A DNA stretch of 59,599 nucleotides from Thermodesulfobacteriota bacterium (GCA_039714495.1 JBDLJD010000004.1:1-59599); one strand, 5' to 3'. Positions 1-9,505 are shown, counted from the first letter of the stretch. Translations and numbers: made by a program. The notes: generated by a model from the sequence alone, not told the origin.

Positions 1-224
1 CGGCAATAAAACTGTCTGTACGTAAAGAGGAAGGCGAGAACGATGAATTAGTTCATCAAAATTTTTGTAAAGCCCTAATACGCCATAGACTTCATCTGTA
101 ATTTTCACTACGGCGTCATTCCCATTAGAGGATGGATGGGCATATGATCGATATTCGAGCCTTTGGATTTACAAATCGAATCACCGCGCATCGACCGTTT
201 CAGCGATGTTTAGACTTCAGCTGA

Positions 225-320
225 ATTATGTCAACTCATTGAATTTTCATATTTTTTGAGCTCTGTTACACAATCACAACCTGAGGGGTGCCTCCAGAGA
301 TGATGTAATCACCGCTTTTC
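225..320. repeat. Copy 1 of a ~100 bp tripartite element flanking the hydrogenase pair
   Basis: ATTATGTCAAC (225-235), TCTGTTACA (262-270) and ATGATGTAATCACCGCTTTTC (300-320) recur at 3879/3917/3955 with near-identical spacing (+37/+75 vs +38/+76). Confidence 0.85.
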
Positions 321-420
321 AGCGGCAATTAATTTTAGAATACTTGTTTCGAAATTTTCCACAGGAAGCCTTTCCAAGTTGTGAGAGAAAGATATGATAA
401 ATATGCAACTATCTTATGAA

Positions 421-1722
421 TCAGTGTGTAGCACAGCTCAGACAGGGGTCCAGCAGTCGTACGCAGCGGCCGATAAGGTGCTCCCCCTCCGGAGAAATAG
501 TGTCGCCCTTCAGATATTTCTGGGACAAATCCCTGATCAGCAAATTGATATAGGCATTGTTGAACTGGGTGGCCACCAGGAGACGCAGGTTTTCAAGCAC
601 GCCCTTGCGGATAAGATAGCCGTGAACAAGGATGCCCCGAGGGGCTTCCAGCACACCGAGGCCGCGGCCATTGACCTCGAAGTCCGGTTGGATGCCGATT
701 TCTTGCGGGTCTACCAGATCCAACAGGGCAAGTATGCGTTTTGCCGCCCAGAATATTTCCAACAGCCTGCAGATATCCAAACTCTCCAAGCTCAGTGAAG
801 TTCGATCCTGAAGCTGTCTGCTCAATGAAAACTTCCGGACTTCCGGGTCTGCCAAAAATCCGTTATCAAGAAAGCTGCGGGAAAGCGGCCCGACCATCAT
901 GATTCCCTCGGGGAATCCAAGGTGGGTGAGATAGGGGATTTTGGACAGTGTCCAGTCCGTTTTCATTTCGGTGACCGATTCTTCAAAAGACTCCACATCG
1001 AAAGATTCCATCAGTGTCCCCTCGCGATTGAAAGCCCTGAAAGCACCTGTTTTGCCGTTGGGCTCAAAAGCCAGGTAATTGAGCTGGATATCCTTTGGAA
1101 AGGCGATGACAGCGGGATTGTGATAGGATTGGCCGACTGCGATGATCAGCTTTTTTGCTCGTTCCTTAATGTCGGCGGCCATTTGCCGGACGGCGGCCAA
1201 GTTCTTTTTTGTAGGAGGGTTTAAAAAATGACCGATACCCATGGAAACAGGATGGATAGCTCTCTTGCCCAGCAACGTATTGATATTAAGACCTGCTTCC
1301 CTGATACTAAAAGCATCTTTCGATATTTCCGGGTGCTTTGCAGCTATCTCAAATATCCCGCCCTGAGCACCGACAACATCTGGAAGGCTCAGGAAGAAAT
1401 AGCTCAATGAGTGGCTGCTGATCCATTCTCCTAGTACCATGATATCCCGAAGGTATTCAACGGAGAGGGGGACATCCAGGTTCATGGCACTTTCGATGGC
1501 CCTTAAGCTGGCCACTTGGTGGGAGCAGGAACACAATCCGCAAATTCGTGAAATAAGGTGAGGTACATGCTCCACCCGGCGGCCCTTGAGAAAACGTTCG
1601 AATCCCCTGAACTCCTGGATTAAAAACCTGGCCGCCCTTATACGACCATTGGATATCTCGATATCGATATTGGCGTTGCCTTCGATCCTGGTGGCTTTTT
1701 TGAACAGCAGCTTACGGCTCAT
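421..1722 (-). CDS. [NiFe]-hydrogenase large subunit, group 3-like, without C-terminal extension
   Basis: TRIEG, RGFE, L1 RICGLCSCSH, EAPRG, VATQFN, L2 DPCLSCATH followed directly by the stop; 4-nt ATGA overlap with the upstream gene. Confidence 0.95.
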   Translation of the reverse strand: MSRKLLFKKATRIEGNANIDIEISNGRIRAARFLIQEFRGFERFLKGRRVEHVPHLISRICGLCSCSHQVASLRAIESAMNLDVPLSVEYLRDIMVLGEWISSHSLSYFFLSLPDVVGAQGGIFEIAAKHPEISKDAFSIREAGLNINTLLGKRAIHPVSMGIGHFLNPPTKKNLAAVRQMAADIKERAKKLIIAVGQSYHNPAVIAFPKDIQLNYLAFEPNGKTGAFRAFNREGTLMESFDVESFEESVTEMKTDWTLSKIPYLTHLGFPEGIMMVGPLSRSFLDNGFLADPEVRKFSLSRQLQDRTSLSLESLDICRLLEIFWAAKRILALLDLVDPQEIGIQPDFEVNGRGLGVLEAPRGILVHGYLIRKGVLENLRLLVATQFNNAYINLLIRDLSQKYLKGDTISPEGEHLIGRCVRLLDPCLSCATH

Positions 1723-3584
1723 CTCAACCTCGATGTATTCTTGATAAAGCTGGGATCAAAGCTCAGGGAACTGCCGCCCTTCATGCGTAACATCCGGACA
1801 GTGGCCCTCAATGTATCCACCTGCAATCCGGAACGAAGCGCCATGCTGTCGATCACCAGATCTTCGTACATGGACCCGGCATTGATTTTGTTAACCGCTT
1901 TCCGCGTCGGCCCCCGGCAGCCCCAGCAGAGCAGACCGCCCTGAAGGCAAGCCGCCCCGCATCCCCCTTTCGTAATCAGGCCCAGGCACAACACCCCCTG
2001 TGAAACCAGACATATGTCTCTGTTGAGAGCATTGCCCGGAAAGAACTGCATGTCGGCAGGTGCCAGCTTTTTGGGTTTTCGGGAGCATTCAGCACAAACG
2101 ACAGATTTTATTTTCGCTGTGTTTTCACCTCCCTGCAGTTCATCAATCAGACCTTTTGCTAAAGATGCCTGGGGAGGACAGCCGGGAATAAAATAGTCTA
2201 CCCTGATGACATCATCCAGCTTTCTAGCCTTGCGGAGCAGTTCGCCTGACAGGTTCTGAGCGTTATCGTTGTCCATTTTTTTCCGGGTTGACAGATAGTA
2301 AGAAAACGGATCAATGGTCTGCCCATAACTTTCCTCGAGAAGCTCCTCCAACTCGAACTGGTTGGCCATGGCAGGTATGCCGCCAAAGGTCGCGCAGGTT
2401 CCCCATGCAGCCACAAATCGACTTTTTCTGCGTATCTCCAGAAGGAGCTGCTCATCCTCCCTGGTGCGAACGGCGCCGTCCACCATAGCGACATCCACGT
2501 CTTGAAAGGAGTCTGCATCCATCAACATGGGGCAATAGATGATATCCGCATTTTCCGTGAGAGCAGTTAGATCCGACTGGTTTTGAATCAGGCCAGCAGT
2601 GCAGCCGCCGCAGGTGCTCAGCGAGATCAGAGCAATACGGACTTTCCTTTCCTTTTTGAATATTGGTGTAATGATGTGGCGGGCAATCTCCAGGGAACGT
2701 TCCGGTGATTCAAGGGCCACAGTGGTGGCACGCAGCCGGGTAATAAGCACCTTAACGATAAAGAAGGCCAGTTCAGAATTTGCTGACAGGCTTTTTTTCA
2801 GTTGCTCGTTGCTGATGGCCAACAGTTGTGTATCGCTGGTTGCAACGGCTGTGGCCATACGTGCATTGCCGGTGACCAGGGCCATTTCACCGAAAAAATC
2901 ACCGGCTTCTAGTCTATTCAATAAGATTTCACGTCCAGAGGCTTCTGTATATATGTCGACATTACCTTTGACGACAATATACATTACTTCGCCCTCATCC
3001 CCTTCTTTGAAAATAAGCTCTTCCCTGTAATAGGTAACGACCGTTTGATCACTGGCCCACGGAAAATTGGCCGGTAGCCTCGGGTGGACTATTTCAGTGT
3101 CGGGCGAAGATGGTCTTTCGAAGGATTCAGTTCGGGTAAGGCTGTCACTGCATTTTTCTTTTTCTGGGAATGGCAAAGATTCTGATGAAACAATAGACGA
3201 ACGGAGATAATCGTCAGACATGACGAGAAATCGCAGCAAACCGTTTGTTCTTTCGATGCGCCGGCACAAAGAGTTGATCAACTGAAGGATGACAGTTGTA
3301 TCATATTTAGTCTGGCTAAAAAAAGAATCGCGGTGGACGGCCAACAGCCTTGTGCGACAAAGGGCTATTGCCGTGGCAGACCTGGTCCGGTTGTCAATAA
3401 GGGCCATTTCACCGAAAAAATCGCCCTGCTCCAGGAGTGTGATGACAACCTTTTCTTCACCGCGAAGACAGCTAATTTCGATGGCACCGGACTGGATTAT
3501 GAACATACTGTTCCCGTGGGAACCCTGTTCAAAGATCACATCACCATGGCTGAAAACGGAGCCAAACAGATCTATATCGCTCAT
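1719..3584 (-). CDS. Fusion of two cNMP-binding (CRP/CAP-type) domains with a group-3 [NiFe]-hydrogenase small subunit (MvhG/HydD-like)
   Basis: Two cNMP cassettes (IFEQG...FGEMALIDNRTRSAT; IFKEG...FGEMALVTGNARMAT), then CGGC, GTC, GCPP, CAEC, CL..QG.LCLG, GCG..C, CWGCRG Fe-S ligands. Confidence 0.92.
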   Translation of the reverse strand: MSDIDLFGSVFSHGDVIFEQGSHGNSMFIIQSGAIEISCLRGEEKVVITLLEQGDFFGEMALIDNRTRSATAIALCRTRLLAVHRDSFFSQTKYDTTVILQLINSLCRRIERTNGLLRFLVMSDDYLRSSIVSSESLPFPEKEKCSDSLTRTESFERPSSPDTEIVHPRLPANFPWASDQTVVTYYREELIFKEGDEGEVMYIVVKGNVDIYTEASGREILLNRLEAGDFFGEMALVTGNARMATAVATSDTQLLAISNEQLKKSLSANSELAFFIVKVLITRLRATTVALESPERSLEIARHIITPIFKKERKVRIALISLSTCGGCTAGLIQNQSDLTALTENADIIYCPMLMDADSFQDVDVAMVDGAVRTREDEQLLLEIRRKSRFVAAWGTCATFGGIPAMANQFELEELLEESYGQTIDPFSYYLSTRKKMDNDNAQNLSGELLRKARKLDDVIRVDYFIPGCPPQASLAKGLIDELQGGENTAKIKSVVCAECSRKPKKLAPADMQFFPGNALNRDICLVSQGVLCLGLITKGGCGAACLQGGLLCWGCRGPTRKAVNKINAGSMYEDLVIDSMALRSGLQVDTLRATVRMLRMKGGSSLSFDPSFIKNTSRLR

Positions 3585-3878
3585 ATCAGTATCTTTTCAA
3601 ATATCATTCCAGGCAGTATCGATAGCAAGCGAAAACATATTAAATAGGTCGAGGCCTATCGAATATCAAGTTGTGATAGAGAGATCCTGCAGATATCACC
3701 TTGCCCAGAAAGCTTTGTTTTCCGAGCATATCTACAATGAAATCCCTCCTGGTACCGTTACAAATACCAATTTTCTGACAAAAATGCAAAAAAGGGCAAA
3801 TCCCACAGAATTGAAGTTGAGCTTTTTAACAAAAAATCTTCAAAAAACAATTGTTACTGCAAACTATAAATTTCCTGT

Positions 3879-3975
3879 ATTATGTCAACCAACTGATATT
3901 TATTGAGATCCAACCTTCTGTTACAAAACCTCCAATTTGGGATAGCCGCCAAGAATGATGTAATCACCGCTTTTC
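3879..3975. promoter_or_regulatory. Copy 2 of the tripartite element, upstream of the hydrogenase operon; includes a TTGACA -35-like box on the minus strand
   Basis: Same three blocks as 225-320; the minus strand reads TTGACA-16nt-TAGTTT pointing at the 3584 start. Confidence 0.6.
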
Positions 3976-4154
3976 GGCCATGGTCGAATTAAAGAGATTT
4001 TTTTGCAAATTCTCGATTGAAACCATCGTGATCAGCCAAGGATTGATATCATGAAAATACAACTGAACAGCCATCTCTATCCGGTTTTTTTAATATGTAT
4101 GCTATCAGCAAGTTGCCTATAATAACGATTGGAGGCATATAGGATTGATCTCTA

Positions 4155-4529
4155 TTATTCTTCGCCAAACCATTGCATTGCTTTTTCCATTAAGTTGAAT
4201 ATTTCTATTTCCAGAGGAAAATCATTTATCAGCATTGATTTTTGTATCATTCTTAATAGTGTGGTCTCTAACTCAGAAAAGGCAAGGAGTGCTGTTTTCC
4301 CACCTTTGAGTTTTTCAGGTAAATATTTGACACCATAGACAATCTGCTGGAAGTCTTGATTGGATATCTGAGCAAGGTTAGCCATTCTAAAATCCCATAA
4401 GACTTTCAGTGTTGGGTTGTTTCTATAAAACCGTTGGTAGACTGCTAAACCTTCTTGGAGTGTTGGTTCTCCGGTAACTGTGAATATTGTCAATCGGTTA
4501 TTATGGTCAATTTCAAAAGTAACAGGCAT
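4155..4529 (-). CDS. Small STAS/SpoIIAA-like hypothetical protein
   Basis: 124 aa; 'VLWDFR', 'KTALLA', C-terminal 'IFN.MEKAMQW' pattern of SpoIIAA-like proteins. Confidence 0.6.
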   Translation of the reverse strand: MPVTFEIDHNNRLTIFTVTGEPTLQEGLAVYQRFYRNNPTLKVLWDFRMANLAQISNQDFQQIVYGVKYLPEKLKGGKTALLAFSELETTLLRMIQKSMLINDFPLEIEIFNLMEKAMQWFGEE

Positions 4530-4600
4530 CGATTACCCTGACTCAGCAACTAAAAAGATAGTTTATTTATGAATTGAGCAAGTTGTTCTTTTCTTATGTT

Positions 4601-4969
4601 CTAAATTATGTTCAATACGCTTTTCACTACCACTGAAGAACGACGGTAAACGCCATAACTGATTAGCCCTGGTATGGGAATCTCGCGAAAGCGCACACCG
4701 ACCGAGGAACCCGTTTGCATCACGAGGTCGTCCGCGTTGAGCGTCACTGCTTCTTCGTACTCGGTTGCATCATCCACACCGGCCATGACGATGATGCCCT
4801 CGATCCCATCCGGGTCTATCATGGGTATGGCCGAAGTCGCGATGCTGCATTCGCACGTGTAGGCGTTGATTTGGTCCAAATCCGATGGAATGGGTAACTC
4901 ATAACGCCCTCCAAGACACCCTAGAAAAACCAAAGAGGTACAGATGGCAATCAATAGTGCTTGCTTCAC
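4601..4969 (-). pseudogene. Probable 3'-truncated secreted lipoprotein
   Basis: AGGAGG RBS and GTG start, lipobox-like VFLG-C, a 'DDATE...DL...VGVRF..IPIP' extracellular-domain start, then an abrupt switch to AT-rich sequence near 4660. Confidence 0.5.
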
Positions 4970-5182
4970 GGGTTCCTCCTTTCTTTTTTGGTTTGTTGGT
5001 GTGAAAGGCCAATGGATGACGTACCGGCCTTTGGCCTTTATGGTGGTATTTTCCAGTCACTCCACCTTTTTCTGAAAAGCCCTGAGAGCAGTAAGGGCCA
5101 GGAGAAGGCCCCTGGAAAATGCAATCAATGGTATTGGTCACTCAAGGGTTTAGGTGGAACGCCGAATCGAATTGATGATGAA

Positions 5183-5216
5183 AATATAGCCCAGAAGATA
5201 TTACAGATAGGTTACA
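5183..5216 (-). promoter_or_regulatory. Candidate SARP/BTAD-type binding site: TGTAA direct repeat at 11-bp spacing upstream of a TATATT -10-like box
   Basis: TTACA at 5201-5205 and 5212-5216 (+ strand); TATATT at 5188-5183 (- strand). Confidence 0.4.
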
Positions 5217-5272
5217 TATTGGGAAAAGTTGAAATATTTGGGACTGGTATTCGAAGGGGCTTTATGGAGAAT

Positions 5273-8200
5273 TTACCGCCGATGCCATAGAGAGTGACGG
5301 ATTTGCTCTGTTTTGGCAGACGGTGGGAGTCCGAAAGCGGCATCGAGTGTTGTTCTGCAGCGTTCGTAAATCGATAGCGCATCGGCATGGCGCCCAAGTT
5401 TTTGCAGGCAGCGCATGAGGCGCTGATAGGTTACCTCTGACAAATCGTCGATTTCCAGGCTTCTCAAGTAACCGTACGAGGCCTGTTCCCATTGATCCAT
5501 CGATTCAAGATGGTTGCCGATAAAATAGACTGCTTGTAAATATTTGTTCCGAAATCGCTCACTTGGCGAAACAGCCCAGGTTTGAAGCGTGTCTCCGGCG
5601 AGAAACATGCCGTTATAATGGGCCAGCGCTTTTTCGATCAGGCTTATTTGTGTATCCAATGCCTGCGACTTGAAGGCATTCTCCGCCATTGACAGCAGGC
5701 TCTCGAAGGCCCAACAGTCCACCCAGCAGTAAGACGGGTTCAGGCCTAACTTGCCGTTCTGGACTTGCACCACCTGGTCGTTGTCCAAATAGCGCCTGAG
5801 CCTGTGAAGCGTTGTTGTCAATGCCCGGTCGGCTTTGTCCCCTTCAGCATCGGGCCACAGGCTGTCGCAGATCTGGGCTCTACCCACATTTCTGCCGCCC
5901 AGGGCGATGAGAACCTTTATCAGTTCCAAAGGCTTCTTCTGCGCCTTGGTGGCGTATCTTATGGGGTTGTCATCCCTTAAGATGGAAAAGCCGCCAAGTG
6001 TAAATATTTTCAACTGCCAGGGCCAATTTTCAAGTGCAATCGGTGGGGGATCCAGGGTTAAACAGCGTTTGCGAATATAGGTGGAAACATAGTTCGTTTC
6101 AATACCATGCTCCAAGGCGACCGCACAAAGCCGAGCAACGTTTGAACGAGAATCGATCATGTTGTGATAAAGGCCGATCTCTTTGCCCAGCGCTAAAGCC
6201 TCACGCAGCAACCGACGGCAGGCATCGAGATGTTCCTGTTCCAGAGCAAAACGGGCTTTAAACATGAGCGCATGAAAAATCAAATGTTTCGTTCCGGTTA
6301 ATTGGGAAAGGTGGAGGGCTTTGTCGAGATGATCTTGGGCTGCCTTTTGCTCTCCTGTATCGTGAAGGACTCTGGCGTTCAGCAAGTGGCAGAATATGGT
6401 ACTAAACTGTGACCCAACGTCAATGCTGGCTTTCAATGCAGATGTTGCATAAGCCTTTGTCTGGTTCAAATTTCCTGATTGAAGCGTTTCAAGAGACTTG
6501 ACATAATCTATCAGGCCCTGGTCCAGAGGCATGGCATTTTTCAGTGAAATCGCATTATCCTCAAAAAGGGTCCTGGCCGCCTCGTACTCTTCATGGATCA
6601 ATGCACTTTGGATGCCATGGCCGACCATGATATTGTTTAAAATAATGAAGCCTGTTTTTTTTGCAATCGCAAGGCCTTTATAAACAACATCGATGCACTT
6701 AGCATGCATGCCGACATAGCAATAATAAAATGAAGAGATGGTTGCATGAGCAACAACTGCTATCGCTTCTTTTGAATCCGGCAAATCATCCCATGAAGAA
6801 GGCCTGAGTAAATCTATTATTTGAGCGGCCCTGCCATAGTTGCCGGTCAGCAAAAAATAGTGGACAACGTTGTTGGTGATCGACACCTTGGTGCTCAAGT
6901 CCAGCGAACTGGAAATCAGGACCAGTGCCCGATCAACCCAGGATTCGATATGGGGATAGTCCATTTTGCGGTGCACCAAGGCGATGAGCATACCGGAAAC
7001 CACCTGCCCTTCGATGTCCCGGCTTGGAAATTGCCTGTATTTGTTCACTATTTTTTCAAGAACCTGAATCCAGAGATCAAAGCTTGAAAAGTCCGCCATT
7101 CTCAAGAATATGGCCCTGATAATAAAGGGCCAGCAGAGGAAAAGCCCAAACGTATCATCATGCTTGCGGAACGTGCCAAATGCCTTTTCGAGAAAAGACA
7201 GACTGCCCTTCGGATCAAACGGCAACCGAGCGATTCCCATCCAGGCTTCCAACCATGGCTTCTCAGCTACCACTGATTTGGGCAGCGTCTCCAACCATTG
7301 AAAGAGGGACTGATTTCTACCCTGCTGGATCATGGTAAGGGCGTGTTTCATGATGAGTTCGGTCAATGCACCCCATGCCTGAGCATCATGCAAGAGTTCG
7401 GCGGCAGCGTCTGCATCGCCTTCCTCGGTCAGCACCTTAGCCGCCTTGAGCCGCGAACCATTAAGCTTTGTATCAGATAGCCTACGTTTTGCCTGGGAAA
7501 TTAAAAACCCCCTGTACAGTGGATGGAACTGGTAATATAGTCGTTTGCGTAAACGACGCTCTGTGAAACGGTTCTCGCGGTGTAATTTCGCAAGAATTTT
7601 TCCAGCATTTGCGTTGCCGGTAAGGTTTTTGGCCATAACATTCGTCATGTAAGGCAAAAACGCAGATCTCAGCATAAAATCCTGGATTTCGGGAGGTTCA
7701 CGTTCAAAAACCTCTTTGGCAAAATAATCGAGTATTTCCTGGGGGGTAAAGCCCTGAATCCATTGCCAGTCCAGATCTTCCGGATCAGCTTGTGCCAGCA
7801 TCAACAGAAGCCCGACGGCCCACCCGCCAGTGGCCTGGTGCAGTTTTTGGATAATTGTTTTAGAGATCGAATTTCCGGTCTGTAAGTGCGCAATTCCAGC
7901 TGATTCCTCCAGAGTCAATTTAACCGCATCCCAACCGATTTGAAACATCTTCCGATTGGCTAAAATCCTGCTGAAGACTGCCGGTGGGCGCTCCCTGCTG
8001 ATAACGATCCCTGTGATTCCTTCAGGCAGAATCGATAACCCCTTGTTGACGATCTTATGGGTGATGGATTTTGGTTTAATTTGTTGGTAGTTGTCCATCA
8101 CGATGACAATCGGCTTTGGAAGGCGCTGGTAGACGGCTTCGAAGAAACGCAGTGAAAAGGCATCTATGCCTGGCATGAATTGAGGGTTAAAGGATGGTAT

Positions 8201-8488
8201 TGGTATGCGTTTTCGAGGACTGGCGCGGTTGACCGCCAGCCTCAAATAGTGGAAAAAAGTAGCAGGGTCGCTATCCCTGGGATCGATCTGATACCAGACG
8301 CAGTTGAGATTATGGGATTCTATATAGCTGGCTATAAGCGTTGTTTTGCCGGCTCCTGCAGGAGCAGAAGTCCATATGACAGGGTTGCGGCGGGCATCAT
8401 TGAGAAACTGAAAGGTCCGCTTTCGTTCAAAAACACTATACAGCATAGGTCGACTAATTTTGTTAATCGGCTCGATAGATGTGCTCAT
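5273..8488 (-). CDS. MalT-like STAND ATPase / TPR / winged-helix + BTAD (SARP-type) transcriptional regulator
   Basis: P-loop APAGAGKTT, MalT-like 'TGGW..GL' and 'HPLYR' segments, C-terminal 'LGGF..', 'LWPD', 'LHRLR', 'VDCWAFE' and BTAD helices. Confidence 0.9.
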   Translation of the reverse strand: MSTSIEPINKISRPMLYSVFERKRTFQFLNDARRNPVIWTSAPAGAGKTTLIASYIESHNLNCVWYQIDPRDSDPATFFHYLRLAVNRASPRKRIPIPSFNPQFMPGIDAFSLRFFEAVYQRLPKPIVIVMDNYQQIKPKSITHKIVNKGLSILPEGITGIVISRERPPAVFSRILANRKMFQIGWDAVKLTLEESAGIAHLQTGNSISKTIIQKLHQATGGWAVGLLLMLAQADPEDLDWQWIQGFTPQEILDYFAKEVFEREPPEIQDFMLRSAFLPYMTNVMAKNLTGNANAGKILAKLHRENRFTERRLRKRLYYQFHPLYRGFLISQAKRRLSDTKLNGSRLKAAKVLTEEGDADAAAELLHDAQAWGALTELIMKHALTMIQQGRNQSLFQWLETLPKSVVAEKPWLEAWMGIARLPFDPKGSLSFLEKAFGTFRKHDDTFGLFLCWPFIIRAIFLRMADFSSFDLWIQVLEKIVNKYRQFPSRDIEGQVVSGMLIALVHRKMDYPHIESWVDRALVLISSSLDLSTKVSITNNVVHYFLLTGNYGRAAQIIDLLRPSSWDDLPDSKEAIAVVAHATISSFYYCYVGMHAKCIDVVYKGLAIAKKTGFIILNNIMVGHGIQSALIHEEYEAARTLFEDNAISLKNAMPLDQGLIDYVKSLETLQSGNLNQTKAYATSALKASIDVGSQFSTIFCHLLNARVLHDTGEQKAAQDHLDKALHLSQLTGTKHLIFHALMFKARFALEQEHLDACRRLLREALALGKEIGLYHNMIDSRSNVARLCAVALEHGIETNYVSTYIRKRCLTLDPPPIALENWPWQLKIFTLGGFSILRDDNPIRYATKAQKKPLELIKVLIALGGRNVGRAQICDSLWPDAEGDKADRALTTTLHRLRRYLDNDQVVQVQNGKLGLNPSYCWVDCWAFESLLSMAENAFKSQALDTQISLIEKALAHYNGMFLAGDTLQTWAVSPSERFRNKYLQAVYFIGNHLESMDQWEQASYGYLRSLEIDDLSEVTYQRLMRCLQKLGRHADALSIYERCRTTLDAAFGLPPSAKTEQIRHSLWHRR

Positions 8489-8849
8489 AATAGTTTGAAG
8501 GGCATTTTAAAAGTAAGGATTTCCTTCTTATCTCAAGGCGCTGTCAGCATTTTTTAACCCTTATTGACTGCTTAACGCACAGCAGTATAATCCTTTTTTT
8601 TACACCATTCTAAGCTATATGGCAATATAATTAATCGCTTAGCTAATAATCTAACGTTTGTACACCACTCGCTAATTGCAGATTAATAAATCAATATTTC
8701 ACTTATTTAAGGCTCCAATTTTATAAGGATTTATTTTTTTAGGTTTGAATTATGGAGAGCTGAAAATTTGTTGCGTGTAATATCTTAAAATGTAATTTTG
8801 GAATACTGCGGACTGGGATTAAATAAACTAAATTTTTGTTAGAAAAAGA

Positions 8850-9136
8850 TTTGAGTTATCATGACGGAAAGGGGTATTCACTCTGAGCAACGAACCCTCA
8901 ATATAACCTAAAACGTGGCTCGCATGATTGTAAAAGCCTGGAAAAATTGTTGGTGTGCAATTGCGGTATATGATCTAAGGATTCATGCTGTCTCATACAT
9001 ATCTAAATCCGGGATGCCGATAGAAGTTGTGTTAAAAATATTATTACGACACGCTCATTCGCCGACCACCCAAAGGTATCTAGTAAGGGTAACTGATGTC
9101 GAAGCGATGAGATGGATGGAAAACTTATGCGGGTAG
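8850..9136 (+). pseudogene. Decayed tyrosine recombinase/integrase C-terminal fragment
   Basis: YDLRIH (HDLRRH-like), LLRH...TTQRY catalytic-Tyr box; the upstream part has an in-frame TAA and frameshifts; left boundary approximate. Confidence 0.75.
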
Positions 9137-9142
9137 TTAGAA

Positions 9143-9170
9143 CTGTGCCATGAATACTTTTATGGCACAG
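9143..9170. terminator. Hairpin after the integrase remnant
   Basis: CTGTGCCAT-N10-ATGGCACAG perfect 9-bp inverted repeat. Confidence 0.4.
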
Positions 9171-9505
9171 CCACACTTGCCGGCATCAATAATTCTGTAT
9201 CTTTATCAAAGGTTTCTTCAGGAAATAATAGCGCTTATCTTTTAAAAAGATCGTAGATTTGATCAGAATGACAAATTTGTAACTCGATTGATTGATTTAG
9301 CCTAATATCTTGATTCCATGGCACATAATGATCTAATCAACTGTCAGATCGTGCACTTCAGAGGTGTAGGTTTCCATATCATGTCAATAAGGATTGTATA
9401 TTTAGAGAAGCCTTGACCTTGGAGTAGGATGGCATCTCCAACGAAATCAAGAAAACGCAAACATTATAGCCTCCCGCCTATATGGAGTTAATTAGCTAGC
9501 CGCAA

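Noticed and set aside
1-224. Gene start downstream of repeat copy 1
   Set aside because: The minus-strand ATGs I checked hit stops within a few codons; any target gene would lie outside the window
225-320. Hydrogenase-flanking repeats as integron attC sites
   Set aside because: The TAAC...GTT distance is only ~35 nt, there is no extended internal palindrome, and no IntI is present
409-423. TGA after the L2 His as a selenocysteine or read-through codon
   Set aside because: Both L2 ligands are already Cys, and read-through would add only F-I-R before a TAG
9170-9505. tRNA or att site at the island edge
   Set aside because: No cloverleaf, T-loop GTTCRA or duplicated att core could be recognised
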